From the NCBI GenBank assembly GCA_951406725.2, contig OX597822.1, positions 98,394,001 through 98,458,000 of the forward strand: DNA of 64,000 bases, written 5' to 3'. The notes below the pieces were generated by a model. It did no database searches, was not told the origin of the DNA, and saw only the letters and a program-made list of their open reading frames with translations. Numbering within the stretch: position 1 is the first letter of the stretch; the number at the start of each line of letters is the position of its first letter. Source of the stretch: Octopus vulgaris (taxonomy: Eukaryota). This document shows, piece by piece, positions 26,545 to 40,470 of this stretch. Both the position numbers and the translations under genes were made by a program.

Positions 26545-27174
26545 TTCCGCACGAGGATGTGTTTAGCTCTATCGTGTGAAATACATTTTTTCTTGTATAT
26601 TGAAACTTACTAACATATAACTATGTGTTCCGGTTAACTAAACTTCCCTTAGTATTATGTGATTGTTGTGTGGCACTAGTTTTGTTTTGTTATGGAAAAG
26701 GTTACCATATATAATATACTAGCTAAACCAAAATAACAAATGTAAATTAATAACTAACTAGAAAACCGGAACAACATTGAATTATTATATATATAATAGG
26801 AAATGAAATAACCGAGTTATCTGGCCTTAGGTCTGCGTCGTCGCAACTATTACAATAGAGCACAATCATATAACAGTAAGTGTAAGTCAGTGTGATAAAG
26901 AAAGATATTATCATCGATTCGGGCATATGTCCTTTATCAAGATGGAGAAGTGCAAAACAAAGAAATGCAGAAACAATCATCATTGCAGTGTTTTTAACTG
27001 ATCGCCATGTTCTCATAATTTCTTATTATGAGTATTCGGTTTTAATTTGCGTCGACATTAAATATTCAATAGAGTGACTTCAGATCTTATACAAATTGAC
27101 GTATTACGTATAAACCAAACATACACAAACATACACCTTATTTCCCAATATATCTATATGTGTGGAAGTGTGTA

Positions 27175-27228
<54 letters not shown>

Positions 27229-27315
27229 GTATATGTGTGTGTGTGTATACATATAGTATAAAATTAGTGTGGGCAACTGCGTGCAATATAAACCGTATAG
27301 GCAAAATTTATATTT

Positions 27316-27363
<48 letters not shown>

Positions 27364-27437
27364 ATATATATACACACATATGTATCTATGGATGTATATG
27401 TATACAATACATACATACATATACATATGCGTGTGTG

Positions 27438-27483
<46 letters not shown>

Positions 27484-28654
27484 TGTATGCATAAGTGGAT
27501 GTAGATATGTATTTATACATCAGATTTGTGTTTATATTTATGTGTGTCTATGTATAAGTGTTTATATGAATATGTATTTCTCGATACTTTTCGTTTTCAT
27601 ATGTATCATGCAGTTAAATGCCTTGCCAGGCAGTTCAGTACAGAAGTGGTATGAAAACAATAAATATCTTGAAAGAATACAGCTAAGCTTAAAGCTATAA
27701 AAAGAAAGTAGAAATTTGCGGCCTGTTTGGCACTTTGCCAGTATACTTTGCCGTTTCATTCTCATTGTATTGCGATCACTATCTTTCTGCTTAAAGTCTC
27801 TTACTTTACCTAAATAACTGCACCGCTTTGTGTGAATCTCTTACCGTCTCTGTGTCTTTATTTCTCTTTTTGTTCACTATATTACTTTATAGAACTAACA
27901 CAACTACCGCTACGAGTTTTGTTGTTTTCTCCAATCTTGATATTAATGGTATTGCTTGTTATGAATTTTTTTCTGCTAAAATTTATTCTCAGTGACCCCT
28001 TGCTAGAAGTTTACTTAATCTTACATTTATTTTACTTAGCTAATAATTAACTTCTGCCAAAGAGCACCTCTCATCAAACCTTCTTATTTATGCTTCATAA
28101 TTCTCAGTCCGAACACACAGACGCATACTCATGGGAAACCATAATACTCTCATAATTTAAGTAGTCGTTTACACAGCAATCCGACAAAAATAATATTTAC
28201 TTTATTAAGTCTGCGCGCTTTGGAGGTTAATTTCAGTTATTTACAGATATTATTCTTGCTTATATGATCTCTGACATACAGAAAGGTGGTACGTTTATGC
28301 TGTTGTTTTAATTTGATTTCGCAATAGTTTCCTAAGTAGCCTTAAATGAAGTATTTGATTGTATATTTTACAATATGTGTTAACTGATGCAATGTATGAA
28401 TTTATGAATAGTCTCTGTTCCTTAGATGAATTAGAAAGACATAGGGAAAGTGAAGAGAGAGAGAGAGAGAGAGAGAGTGAATGAGTGAGTGAGTGAGGGA
28501 GGGAGGGAGCGAGAATGACAGAAAGAGAAATGCAAAAAGGTGAGAGAGAGATTTGATCGTGTTTTCTTAATTCTTTTTTTATTATCAATGAATTGCGTGA
28601 AATACTACTTCATTTCACTATAGCATTACTTTGGTATATCAGATGAGAGATGGA

Positions 28655-28705
<51 letters not shown>

Positions 28706-29025
28706 AGAGAGTGGCAGAGTCAGAGAGCGAGAAGGGGTGAGTCAACTGAGTGCGATAAAGGGATAATGAGAAAGGACGAGAGAAAAATAGAAAGAATTAG
28801 CGAGGGAGACTGAGTGCAGAAAAAAAGTTCGAATTTGATTTATAAGAATGTAAGAAATCAAAATACATTAACATCTTTAGCTGTCATAACGCATCCCTGC
28901 ATGCCCTCTGTCAGCATGAGTAAAACTATTTCACGTCATATCTACCAAAATCGCCGAGTTCTGACAAGCATGTACCCTACCACATCACGTTCAAGTCATC
29001 TTGTGATATTTAGTGACGGCCATAT

Positions 29026-29271
29026 GGATCTTTTCGGTTTGAACGGCAGTTTTTAACATAATTTCTAGGTAACTAAAAAAATTTAAACTTCGTATACTGG
29101 TAGAATGTGTTTATAAAACATCCTTTTCTTGACCCTAACCCTAACTAACCCTAACTAACCCTAACCATAAAACATATAGAAATGCAATAGATCGATACTA
29201 GGGTCATAATTATGAGTGACAATTTCATATGACACCGCTAGAAAAAACTGCCGTTCAAACCGAAAAGATCC
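29026..29271. mobile_element. MITE with ~29-bp TIRs and 8-bp TSD GGCCATAT; internal (CCCTAA)-like repeats
   Basis: TIR GGATCTTTTCGGTTTGAACGGCAGTTTTT / AAAAACTGCCGTTCAAACCGAAAAGATCC. TSD at 29018-29025 and 29272-29279. Confidence 0.9.
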
Positions 29272-29782
29272 GGCCATATTTCTATCCTCGACATTGTAAA
29301 TTTATTTGATCGTATCTGGAACCAGAACCTAAGATAAGTACTCAAGCAAAATCCTCCTTTCTGCATTCCCTGACTAAGATACTACTCGTAGAAATAGTAT
29401 TAATAAATACAGGTAAAATGTTTACTAATTGTTTGTCGTTAGTTTATGTACTCACATAAGTAAGCCTCTGGCTTCTGTCTTCGATATGGCATACTTTAAC
29501 AGTTCGTTCTCACAAAGAGTTATCCCACCAAAATAACTCCCCATATTTTTTAATACCAAAGAAGACACACGAAAAGGTATCCTATGACCAAGATGAGAAT
29601 AATACTAGTAGCAATTGGCAGTTACTGACATTGAAATCGATGATCGATACGTCTGTTAGTATGCTCGAGTGAACTTTAGCAGGGTAAACCGGAGTATCCT
29701 CTTTTGCTCTGGTTAAGGAGTATGCATGAAACGGGATTATAAGTCTGCTTTTTAAAGATACTCACGGACACTCATACTCAAA

Positions 29783-29886
<104 letters not shown>

Positions 29887-31359
29887 CTTATATATAACTC
29901 CAGAAGTATGTGCATATAAAGATACAACTTGCAGTAATATATACGTATATCTACACAGACACCCATATATCTATATATATATATATATATACATGTACAG
30001 AGAAAGAGAGAGAGGGGAAGACAGACAAAAAAAGAGACACAGAGAGAAAGAAAGCAAGTGAGAAGTGTAGAATGAGGTACATACATAATTAACGGTCTGA
30101 AGCATTTGCGATCTGTTTATGTTACGATCCCCTCTTTATCTACTAGTATTAACTCGAATCAACGAGGAAGCCTCAACCTGGATTCTCATACGCCAAGAAC
30201 CAACGGGGAAATTCTGCATATCGAATAGTCAATGTAATCGCGGTTACAAAAAAGAAAAAAAAAATGGCTGATCACGGTTGAAATATATTTGACCAGCGGT
30301 CTACGTTGTCAGGGCTGATAATGAGCCAATAAAAATCACTACAACGATATTTACTAACTTTGCCTCGTCTTTCTCATTACATAGTGTATTAAATGCGAAG
30401 TTGTGTAGTCTAGAGTGTCCACCTAATTTCAGGACAATATATTGAATTTATGGAAAATTTAACTCCTATTTCTGGCAGGTCAAGTGGCTGCATTAAAACT
30501 TCTGTTATGCTTCCCTGTGCTCGATAAAGAATGATCTGAGGGCTTAGAGAATATCACGACTGTAGAATAAAACCAATAATCAAGTGATTACGTCAAACAG
30601 TAAACAAATTCTGAAAAACTTGCGTTGGATTACGTAAGTAAAACAATTATAGAAGTCTTCTATTTTAAGTAAGTTTGCATGCCAAAAGAAGAGGAACCAC
30701 ACATCTGCTGTTTATTTGTTTATTTTTTCAATCTGAGACATAGGGCTAGTCGTGAAACGTCAGACATATGTTATCTCCTAAAGCGAATTTATTCAAACTT
30801 ATCAAACTGGCGAATTATTGAAACTTCAAATTTCTGACCATCCCTAAGTCTTCTACATTCACCAAACTATAGTTCTCCTTTACCAAATTATATTCACAAG
30901 GCCTGAGATGATCCTGATCAGAATGCCATCGGAAGTTTTAGCATTTTTGAATATGTATGAGGGTTTTATCTCTAAACTGATGAAGTTTTCGCTAACAGGG
31001 ACGGAGAATGTATTGAGGTGCAAGTATATTTTTTAGAGCCATATCCAAATGCATGAGTACAGCAAATTATTTACCTCTATGCATTGAATTGTCCAGTCGA
31101 AATAAATCAATATTGATATGCTTATTATAATTGTACATTATTAATTATAGCCGCAAACTATGAGAAATGGAAATCAAATTCTTGTTTCAGTTTGGCTTTG
31201 GAAGCTGGCATAACATCAAAGAAAATCCAACATTGCCATCGTCAAGATCAAAACTGATTGCATTTGTGCAAGTAACATACACCTTCGACATTTGCTTCTC
31301 TCGTTTATTTTTATGGTTTATCGATACTGAATAAAAGCCAAATCGTGTAAAGTGTTATT

Positions 31360-31379
31360 CACACACGCGCACGCACACA

Positions 31380-31455
<76 letters not shown>

Positions 31456-31468
31456 AACACACACACAA

Positions 31469-31558
<90 letters not shown>

Positions 31559-31574
31559 ACAAACACACACACAA

Positions 31575-31649
<75 letters not shown>

Positions 31650-31697
31650 AACACACACACACAAACACACACAAACACACACACACACAAACACACA
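31360..31697. repeat. Long (CA)n microsatellite with CAAA interruptions
   Basis: Direct reading. Confidence 0.95.
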
Positions 31698-32057
31698 TAT
31701 GTAAGCCCGCACGCACATACACACTCGCATGCATGCACTCATACAAACTCCCATGCGTGCTATCTATACGAGAATGCGAGTGTATGCATATATATATATA
31801 TATATATATACATATATATACGCATATGTGTATAAACACCTGTGTGTATGTACATATATATGTATGTGTGTATGTGTGTATATATAAACGTACGTATATA
31901 GAGAAGTGGGTGTGCCGATATGTTTGTGTGAATGTGTAATTAACTATGAGACTCAACACACACACACACACACACACATATATACATTACTTGCGGTTAC
32001 TTCCGCACCACGGTTCCTGAATACTCCCCATGAATTTGGTCGCAATAATTTTCACCG

Positions 32058-32093
<36 letters not shown>

Positions 32094-32145
32094 GGACGGA
32101 CGCACACACATACACACACACATTTACACATTGCGTGCGTGTGTA

Positions 32146-32178
<33 letters not shown>

Positions 32179-32552
32179 GTGCCTACATGAAGTTTTGGTG
32201 AATGCTAGTAAGCCATTTTTCTATTTCGCTCTTATTGAATCGTAACACGTTTAATCTATGTATAGAATACTATTGCCATATATGCCACACTGCTTCTCGC
32301 TCAATTTCAAAAGGTATTCAAAGAACATTTATAAATCTGACCTAAAACATACAAACAAGACTAAATATGTATTAAAGAGCCACAGTGTAATAATATTGGT
32401 AAGTAACGAAACCGCTCTTTTGCTCTGATATTTTATTCAATAGTTGCTATTGAATATCTTGAAAATACTACTCTACAACTGACATAGTCTGTTACACGTT
32501 ATTAATTTTCTTCGTTCTATTCCATAATAGTATTAGTGATATGTATTTACTT

Positions 32553-32649
<97 letters not shown>

Positions 32650-32793
32650 ATAGTAAAAAATGTAAAACATGCCGCTGTGGCTCATCCACTAATGTTATAT
32701 CGCCTGAGGATATGAATCAATGATGATGATGATGATAGTTCGGACTACACTGTAATTAAATGTTTATATGTATAAATGTTTATATATATATAT

Positions 32794-33669
32794 AATGACT
32801 AGACTGCATAAAATGTTTATATATATATATAATGACTAGACTGCATAAAATGCTTATATATATATATAATGACTAGACTGCATAAAATGTTTATATATAT
32901 ATATAATGACTAGACTGCATAAAATGCTTATATATATATATAATGACTAGACTGCATAAAATGCTTATATATATATATAATGACTAGACTGCATAAAATG
33001 TTTATATATATATATAATGACTAGACTGCATAAAATGCTTATATATATATATAATGACTAGACTGCATAAAATGTTTATATATATATATAATGACTAGAC
33101 TGCATAAAATGCTTATATATATATATAATGACTAGACTGCATAAAATGCTTATATATATATATAATGACTAGACTGCATAAAATGCTTATATATATATAT
33201 AATGACTAGACTGCATAAAATGTTTATATATATATATAATGACTAGACTGCATAAAATGTTTATATATATATATAATGACTAGACTGCATAAAATGCTTA
33301 TATATATATATATAATGACTAGACTGCATAAAATGTTTATATATATATATATAATGACTAGACTGCATAAAATGCTTATATATATATATAATGACTAGAC
33401 TGCATAAAATGTTTATATATATATATAATGACTAGACTGCATAAAATGTTTATATATATATATAATGACTAGACTGCATAAAATGTTTATATATATATAT
33501 AATGACTAGACTGCATAAAATGTTTATATATATATATAATGACTAGACTGCATAAAATGTTTATATATATATATAATGACTAGACTGCATAAAATGTTTA
33601 TATATATATATAATGACTAGACTGCATAAAATGTTTATATATATATATAATGACTAGACTGCATAAAAT

Positions 33670-33675
<6 letters not shown>
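32794..33675. repeat. 37-bp minisatellite, ~24 copies: AATGACTAGACTGCATAAAATG(T/C)TT(AT)6
   Basis: Unit starts at 32794, 32831, 32868 and so on. Two units carry an extra AT. Confidence 0.95.
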
Positions 33676-33743
<68 letters not shown>

Positions 33744-33840
33744 TGGATGTTTTGCGTTCTTGTCCCATTTTGTTTTATATATATATATATATATACAGAT
33801 AGATATATTGATAGATAGATAGATACATACATACATACAT

Positions 33841-34066
33841 ACTCTCTCTTTTTACTCTTTTACTTGTTTCCGTCATTTGACTGCGGCCATGCTGGAGCAC
33901 CACCTTTAATCGAGCAACTCGACCCCGGGACTTATTCTTTTTGTAAGCCCAGTACTTATTCTATCGGTTTCTTTTGCCGAACCGCTAAGTAACGGGGAAA
34001 TAAACACACCAGCACCGGTTGTCAAGCAATGCTAGGGACACACACACAGACACACAAACACACACA

Positions 34067-34114
<48 letters not shown>

Positions 34115-34275
34115 TACGACGGGCTTCTTTTCAGTTTCCGTCTACCAAATCCACTCACAAGGCTTTGGTCGGCCCGAGGCTATAGTAGAAGACACTTGCC
34201 CAAGATGCTACGCAGTGGGACTGAACCCGGAACCATGTGGTTGGTTAGCAAGCTACTTACCACACATCCACTCCT
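33841..34275 (-). mobile_element. Family A SINE
   Basis: Full-length match. Confidence 0.9.
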
Positions 34276-34347
34276 CCATACATACATACATACATACATA
34301 CATACATACATACATACATACATACATACATACATGCATACTTACGG

Positions 34348-34438
<91 letters not shown>

Positions 34439-34516
34439 GATATATTCATAGTAGAAACACACATTTACCCTATCAAACATTTAATATATATATATATGAC
34501 TGTCAACACTACTACA

Positions 34517-34561
34517 TGAACCCGAAGATTGCAGAATTCAATGCATGAAAGTACTAGTTCA
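34517..34561 (+). ncRNA. Minimal type-I hammerhead motif, CCGAAGA core
   Basis: tgaac CCGAAGA t tgca gaattcaa tgca t GAAA gtac TA gttca. Confidence 0.7.
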
Positions 34562-34690
34562 ATCAGAATGAATATTTAACATTCTACAATTTCATTTTAT
34601 TTTATTCAATTATAATATATTATCTTATAATATATCATTATAAGATTGTAAATAAAACGTGAAAATCAGACAAGGTTGGAATTCTTTTTA

Positions 34691-34782
<92 letters not shown>

Positions 34783-34784
<2 letters not shown>

Positions 34785-35200
34785 CGCAGGAGTGGCTGTG
34801 TGGTAAGTAGCTTGCTAACCAACCACATGGTTCCGGGTTCAAGTCCCACTGCGTGGCATCTTGGGCAAGTGTCTTCTACTATAGCCTCGGGCCGACCAAT
34901 GCCTTGTGAGTGGATTTGGTAGGCGGAAACTGAAAGAAGCCTGTCTATATACGTATATATATATATGTGTGTGTATGTGTGTGTGTGTTTGTGTGTTTGT
35001 GTTTGTCCCCCTAGCATTGCTTGACAACCGATGCTGGTGTGTTTACGTCCCCGTCACCTAGCGGTTCGGCAAAAGAGACCGATAGAATAAGTACTGGGCT
35101 TACAAAAAGAATAAGTCCAGGGGTCGAGTTGCTCGACTAAAGGCGGTGCTCCAGCATGGCCGCAGTCAAATGATTGAAACAAGTAAAAGAGTAAAAGAGT
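34783..35200 (+). mobile_element. Family A SINE
   Basis: Full-length match. Confidence 0.9.
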
Positions 35201-35349
35201 ATATGTGTGTGTGTGCGCGTACGCTTAATCATACATGCAATACCAGCATTTATGTGTACTTCAATGGTTATGCTAATGTGAGAATCTGCATGGTACATTT
35301 CCGCTGATATATATGCCTGTGCCGTATAAACCTATCTATAATATACATG

Positions 35350-35661
35350 TGGAGGCGCAATGGCCTAGTGGTTAGGACAGCGGACTTGCGGTCGTAGGAT
35401 CGCGGTTTCGATTCCCAGACCGGGCGTTGTGTGTGTTTATTGAGCGAAAACACCTAAAAGTTCCACGAGGCTCCGGCAGGGGGTGGTGATCCCTGCTGTA
35501 CTCCTTCACCACTCTTTCTCTCACTCTTTCTTCAGTTGGCCTGCTCGCTTAGCCAGCGGGGTGGCGTCATTCAAAGGCTAAAACAATGCGAACGCATTGT
35601 GACCAGCGATGTGTAGCAACATCTGATGGTCTGGTTGGTCACGTGATCCCGTGATCACGTG
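35350..35661 (+). mobile_element. Family C2 SINE
   Basis: C head plus C2 tail ending in (CACGTGAT)n. Confidence 0.85.
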
Positions 35662-35750
35662 CTAATATATATATATATAGTATACGTATATATTCATCTA
35701 AACTGTATGTAGTTCCTCACATTTTTATAAACTTTCACACCCGGATATGT

Positions 35751-35789
<39 letters not shown>

Positions 35790-35876
35790 CAAAAATTCAG
35801 GGTGAATACTTGATAACTGTAAGCACTTGTATATGCCAGTTAGTGGTGTGGGTGATAGGGTATATTTATCAAAAGA

Positions 35877-36020
35877 AGGCGACAAGCTGGCAGAAACGTC
35901 AGCACGCCGGGCGAAACGCTTAGCGGTATTTTGTCTGCGTTACGTTGTGAGTTCAAATTCCGCCGAGGTCGACTTTGCCTTTCATCCTTTCGGGGTCGAT
36001 AAATTAAGTACCAGTTACGC
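35877..36020 (+). mobile_element. Family B SINE, 3'-truncated
   Basis: Head and core match. Confidence 0.8.
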
Positions 36021-36058
36021 ATCCTGTTTTTCTTTTGATATATATATATATATAATAC

Positions 36059-36123
<65 letters not shown>

Positions 36124-36471
36124 TTAAATCCTTAAAACTGATTTAGCTCGAAGGCCGCGGCCATGCTGGGGCACCACCGCTATATAATTACATATATACA
36201 TACGGGCACACACACAGAAACACGCATACACACACACACACATATATATATGTATATATATATACATACATCACGTACATATATATATATATATATATAT
36301 ATGTGTGTCACTCATTTTCCGTTTACCAGATCCATTCTTAAATCTTATGTCGACCTGAAGCTATGTTAGGAGATACTTGTCCAAGGTACAATGCAATTGG
36401 CCTCAACATGAAATCATATAGTTGTAAGAAAGTTCCTACCACACAGCCACATGTAGGCTTATACATACGTT

Positions 36472-36875
36472 ATTCTTTTTTCTTTTATTCTTTTACTTGT
36501 TTCAGTCATTTGACTGCGGCCATGCTGGAGCACCGCCTTTAGTCGAGCAAATCGACCCCGGGACTTATTCTTTTGTAAGCCCAGTACTTATTCTATCGGT
36601 CCCTTTTGCCGATCCGCTAAGTGACGGGGACGGTTGTCAAGCAATGCTAGGGGGACAAACACAGACACACAAACACAAACACACACACATATATATATAT
36701 ATACATATATACGATAGGCTTCTTTCAGTTTCCGTCTATCAAATCCACTCACAAGGCATTGGTCGGCCCGAGGCTATAGCAGAAGACACTTGCCCAAGAT
36801 GCCACGCAGTGGGACTGAACCCGGAACCATGTGGTTGGTAAACAAGCTACTTACCACACAACCACTCCTGCACCT
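36472..36875 (-). mobile_element. Family A SINE
   Basis: Match with a small internal deletion. Confidence 0.9.
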
Positions 36876-36996
36876 ATGTTTGGGTTAAATTTGCGAGTTT
36901 GCGTAAAAGAAAAGGAAAACGCAACTTACTATCGAAAATTAAACATATTTTAAAACATTAAAATTCATGAATTAGATTATGGGTAGGAAATAAATT

Positions 36997-37450
36997 TTAC
37001 AAAATGTAACCGCCCTCAGCGTCCACCACGGCCTCATGGCTGCTCTGGAATTTGGTGTATGCTTTTCTCACTATTTTGCTGAGAAGATCTTTGAAAACGT
37101 CTTTGTTCTTGACTGCCAGCTCCGCCTTGGCGTTGCAGGCAATGCTGGTGGCCAAGATTCAGAAGGTAAGAACAGGGCGCTCCGCACATAGTAATCTATG
37201 TAATACAAGTAGGAGAATTGGGAGGCTGGAAATTTGAGGCTGGAGAAGTCGTAGAAATCATCCGACAAACACTTTTGACTCTTCTTGGAGTTGCTGATAA
37301 GGTACCGAATCCTGGTGACACACATATGTTCTACCCGCCTCAACCGTTTCCATCCACGGCCTCCACCACCTTGACGTTACCGTATGAACTGAGCTTAAGT
37401 TCCTGTTCGAAGATAGCATCTTGATACAATCAGAACTCCTGCTGTCTCTC
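36997..37450 (-). pseudogene. Tc1/mariner (DD37D/maT-like) transposase C-terminal relic
   Basis: RPWMETVEAGRTYVCHQDSVPY, KSQKCLSDDFYDF, PPNSP, DYYV, ACNAKAEL..HEAVVDAEGGYIL* across frameshifts. Confidence 0.75.
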
Positions 37451-37754
37451 TTCTTGCTGGTAGTCTCTATTCCAGTTGTTCATATCACGTCTTATAGTGA
37501 TTATAACACTCACAGAGCAATGACAGCAGCCATGAAAGCGAAGGTTTTATACCAAGCATGACTCATCAAAATGAGTTAAATCTTTTCCAATATACAGATG
37601 GTTTGCTGTCGCCCATGTCAGCTAAAATTTTCTCAATTACATCCTTAAAGTTAATCTTCTCTAACAACGTTGACTGTTCACTAACACCTCAAACTGCACA
37701 CACACACACACACACATATATATATAATATACGCAGGCAGATACGCATATGTGA

Positions 37755-37802
<48 letters not shown>

Positions 37803-37930
37803 AAAAAGAATTCCAACCTTGTCTGATTTTCACGTTTTATTTACAATCTTATAATGATATATTATAAGATAATATATTATAATTGAATAAAATAAAATGA
37901 AATAGTAGAATGTTAAATATTCATTCTGAT

Positions 37931-37975
37931 TGAACTAGTACTTTCATGCATTGAATTCTGCAATCTTCGGGTTCA
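37931..37975 (-). ncRNA. Minimal type-I hammerhead motif, inverted copy of 34517-34561
   Basis: Exact reverse complement of 34517-34561, within a ~195-bp inverted duplicate. Confidence 0.7.
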
Positions 37976-38168
37976 TGTAGTAGTGTTGACAGTCATGTTT
38001 CACAATTTTTGATCCTATATATATATATTACGGAGATGTACTCGCATAGCAAGTAATTTGATCTGAGATCGTGTGCTGAAACGAAAACAATTGCAGCGTG
38101 GAAGGTGTTTATAAGCCATTTAAGAAACACACAAAAGCCGTTCGATTCACTCCAGCATTTAAGTTTAA

Positions 38169-38218
38169 TTTGTCAAAATATTTTCGTCGCTAAAATCCGC
38201 GACCTGTTCACTGACAAA
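38169..38218 (-). ncRNA. Hammerhead-like motif with G3:C8 swapped core (GTGAACA)
   Basis: Minus strand: tttgtca GTGAACA g gtcgc ggatttta gcgac GAAA atat TT tgacaaa. Confidence 0.55.
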
Positions 38219-38239
38219 GTCCGTGCTTCGACTTTGGTA

Positions 38240-39534
38240 TCAAAACGTTTACAGCCTAGTTATGTTTAATATAAAATAACTTATTTCCTTAAGTTTTAAC
38301 ATTATCTCCTTCGAAATAGTTACCATGTGCAGCAATACACCGATGTCCAGCGTTCCTGCCACTTTTGGAATCCAGCCTGAAAGTCGTTTTCCGTAAGCGA
38401 GTCGAGTGCCTTCCGTGATGCACTCAGAAAATCTCAACAACAGTTGTTAAAACGTTGGCCTTTGAGCTGCATTTTCATCTTGGAGATGAGATGGAAGTCC
38501 GCAGGTGCTCAATTTGGCGAATAGGGTGGGTGCGGAAACGATAAAAGGATTTTGGTGAGTGTTGAGAGCTCGGGGACAGGATGCATTTGTGTTGCGAAGA
38601 ATCAAATTTTTCGCGCTCCAGAGATCCGGTCGCTTTTGCTGAATGACCTCCAAACGCTTCGAAAATTCACAGTAGAACTCTCGACTGACGGTCTGACCCT
38701 GGAGGATCAATTCTCGATGCATAATACCGTAGATGTTGAATAAAACGGTGAGTATGCTCTTGATTGAGCTGCGACTCCGTTGTGCATTCTTAGGTCGTAG
38801 ATATGAAGGGCTCTTCCATTGTGACAACTGCTACCTCGTCTTAGGGTCTTACTAGTAAACATAACTCTGGTCACTAGAGATGATCCTCGACATGAAGAAT
38901 GAGTCATCAGCAGCATGCTGACAGAGATTTTGACAGATTTCGACGCGATTTCTGGCCATTGCTCAGCATGTGGATGACAAGCTTGGCAGAGACACGCCGA
39001 ATGTTCAGTTCAAACATTACGAATGCCTGCACGACCCCATATGACAGACCAACAACATCAGCAATGTCGTTTATTTTCTTCCGGCGATCCTCATACACAA
39101 GGTGATAAATTTTCTCCACGTTTTCGGGGGCGACGCTCGTGGCACGTCTTCCAGATCGCTCATCGTCTTCAAAGTACATTCTTCCGCTTTTGAAGTACCT
39201 GTGTCACTCGAAACATCGCTTCCGAGCCATTGCTTCGTGGTCGTAAGTTTACCCGAAGCATACTCAATGTTTTTGTTGCAGATATCCCAAGTTTAAAGCA
39301 AAATTTCACGCTGGTTCTTTATTCGAAATTCCTGTCCATTACAATATGGCAGAATTCAGCGTAAACGTAATCACAAAAACGCAAATTTCTCAACTTGCGA
39401 AATAAACACAGCATTTTCACTCGGCACACCGCTTCGTGAAGGTGAATACTACCTCTCATCATGCATGCAATCTGTGTTTCCATCTGCTGTCACGCTACAG
39501 AACTCGTCTGGGAAAATTTTGACACCACCTCATA
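38240..39534 (-). mobile_element. Near full-length decayed mariner (DD34D) transposon
   Basis: EDDERSGRRATS..ENVEKI..RRVSAKLV, SQWKSPS..RSRSSIKSILTVLF..GQTV, WQERW..AHGNYFEGD. TIR-like TATGAGGTGGTGTCAAAATTTTCCC at the 5' end. Confidence 0.85.
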
Positions 39535-39550
39535 TGTGCATATGTACATA

Positions 39551-39627
<77 letters not shown>

Positions 39628-39630
39628 ATG

Positions 39631-39718
<88 letters not shown>

Positions 39719-39859
39719 TATAAATTAGGGTATCTACGAGATACCACCATGCTGAAAATAGCAGCCATGATCTGTCTCTAAAACCACCTTAATAGTCCAT
39801 ATATCAACACGGAGAGAAAACAAAGAGACAAGATTAAACAAGTAAAACATTACTGGATA

Positions 39860-39918
39860 ATTTTAGATCCCGGATTTCTGCCTTTGCATTTAGGAATGCT
39901 TTGCCTCGTCAGTAGAAT
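39860..39918 (-). ncRNA. Type-I hammerhead motif, canonical CTGACGA core
   Basis: Minus strand: attcta CTGACGA ggcaaa gcatt ccta aatgc aaaggca GAAA tccggga TC taaaat. The base of stem II is imperfect. Confidence 0.55.
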
Positions 39919-40383
39919 ACACACAGAAGAGAAACTTAAATGCATATATATATAAATACAACATACGAAAACTCACATATGCGAACGTATAGCTACATAT
40001 ACGTATAGCACGTATGCATCATGGCCAGTTCAAAATGCTCGCCGTTTAATTCCATGTGAGATATGGTCAAAATATCGCCGCAGTAAATACAGTGGCGAAA
40101 TAAATCCGGGACCTGGAAATAACCCTCTGAATAATGTATTGTCTATTGACTAATTTTTTTCCTCCTCGCTAGACCACTGGTAACAAAGAATTTTTTTCGA
40201 TACATATTCTTGCTACCCTAAATTTTTAATGGTAAAATGTTTTTGGCTAATTTTGGAAGAAAATAGGCAATTTATTTACTGCCGGTTAGTTCCGCATTTG
40301 CGCGGTGGATTTGAAAAATTATAACTTATAGATACGTGGCGGGTTATTTATCGCCCCGTATCCATGTGTTCGATCCTTGGCAC

Positions 40384-40470
40384 TCTACTGAAGAAGCAGC
40401 GCCAGATATAGATTGGAATTAATTTATTTCAATCTATATTTAAATCTGCAGAAACTATGCATGGTCTAGG
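40384..40470 (+). ncRNA. Type-I hammerhead motif, canonical core, GUC site
   Basis: tcta CTGAAGA a gcag [hairpin agatatagattggaat..atttcaatctatattt] ctgc a GAAA ctatgcatgg TC tagg. Predicted cleavage after 40466. Confidence 0.72.

Noticed and set aside
26910-26945. Hammerhead-like TTGATAAAGGACATATGCCCGAATCG on the minus strand
   Set aside because: Several core mismatches make it too degenerate to call.
29130-29167. Chromosome-end or fusion telomere signature
   Set aside because: The tract is short, degenerate and internal to a MITE.
32794-33675. CRISPR-like array (37-bp periodicity)
   Set aside because: There are no unique spacers and no cas genes, and the context is eukaryotic. It is a plain minisatellite.
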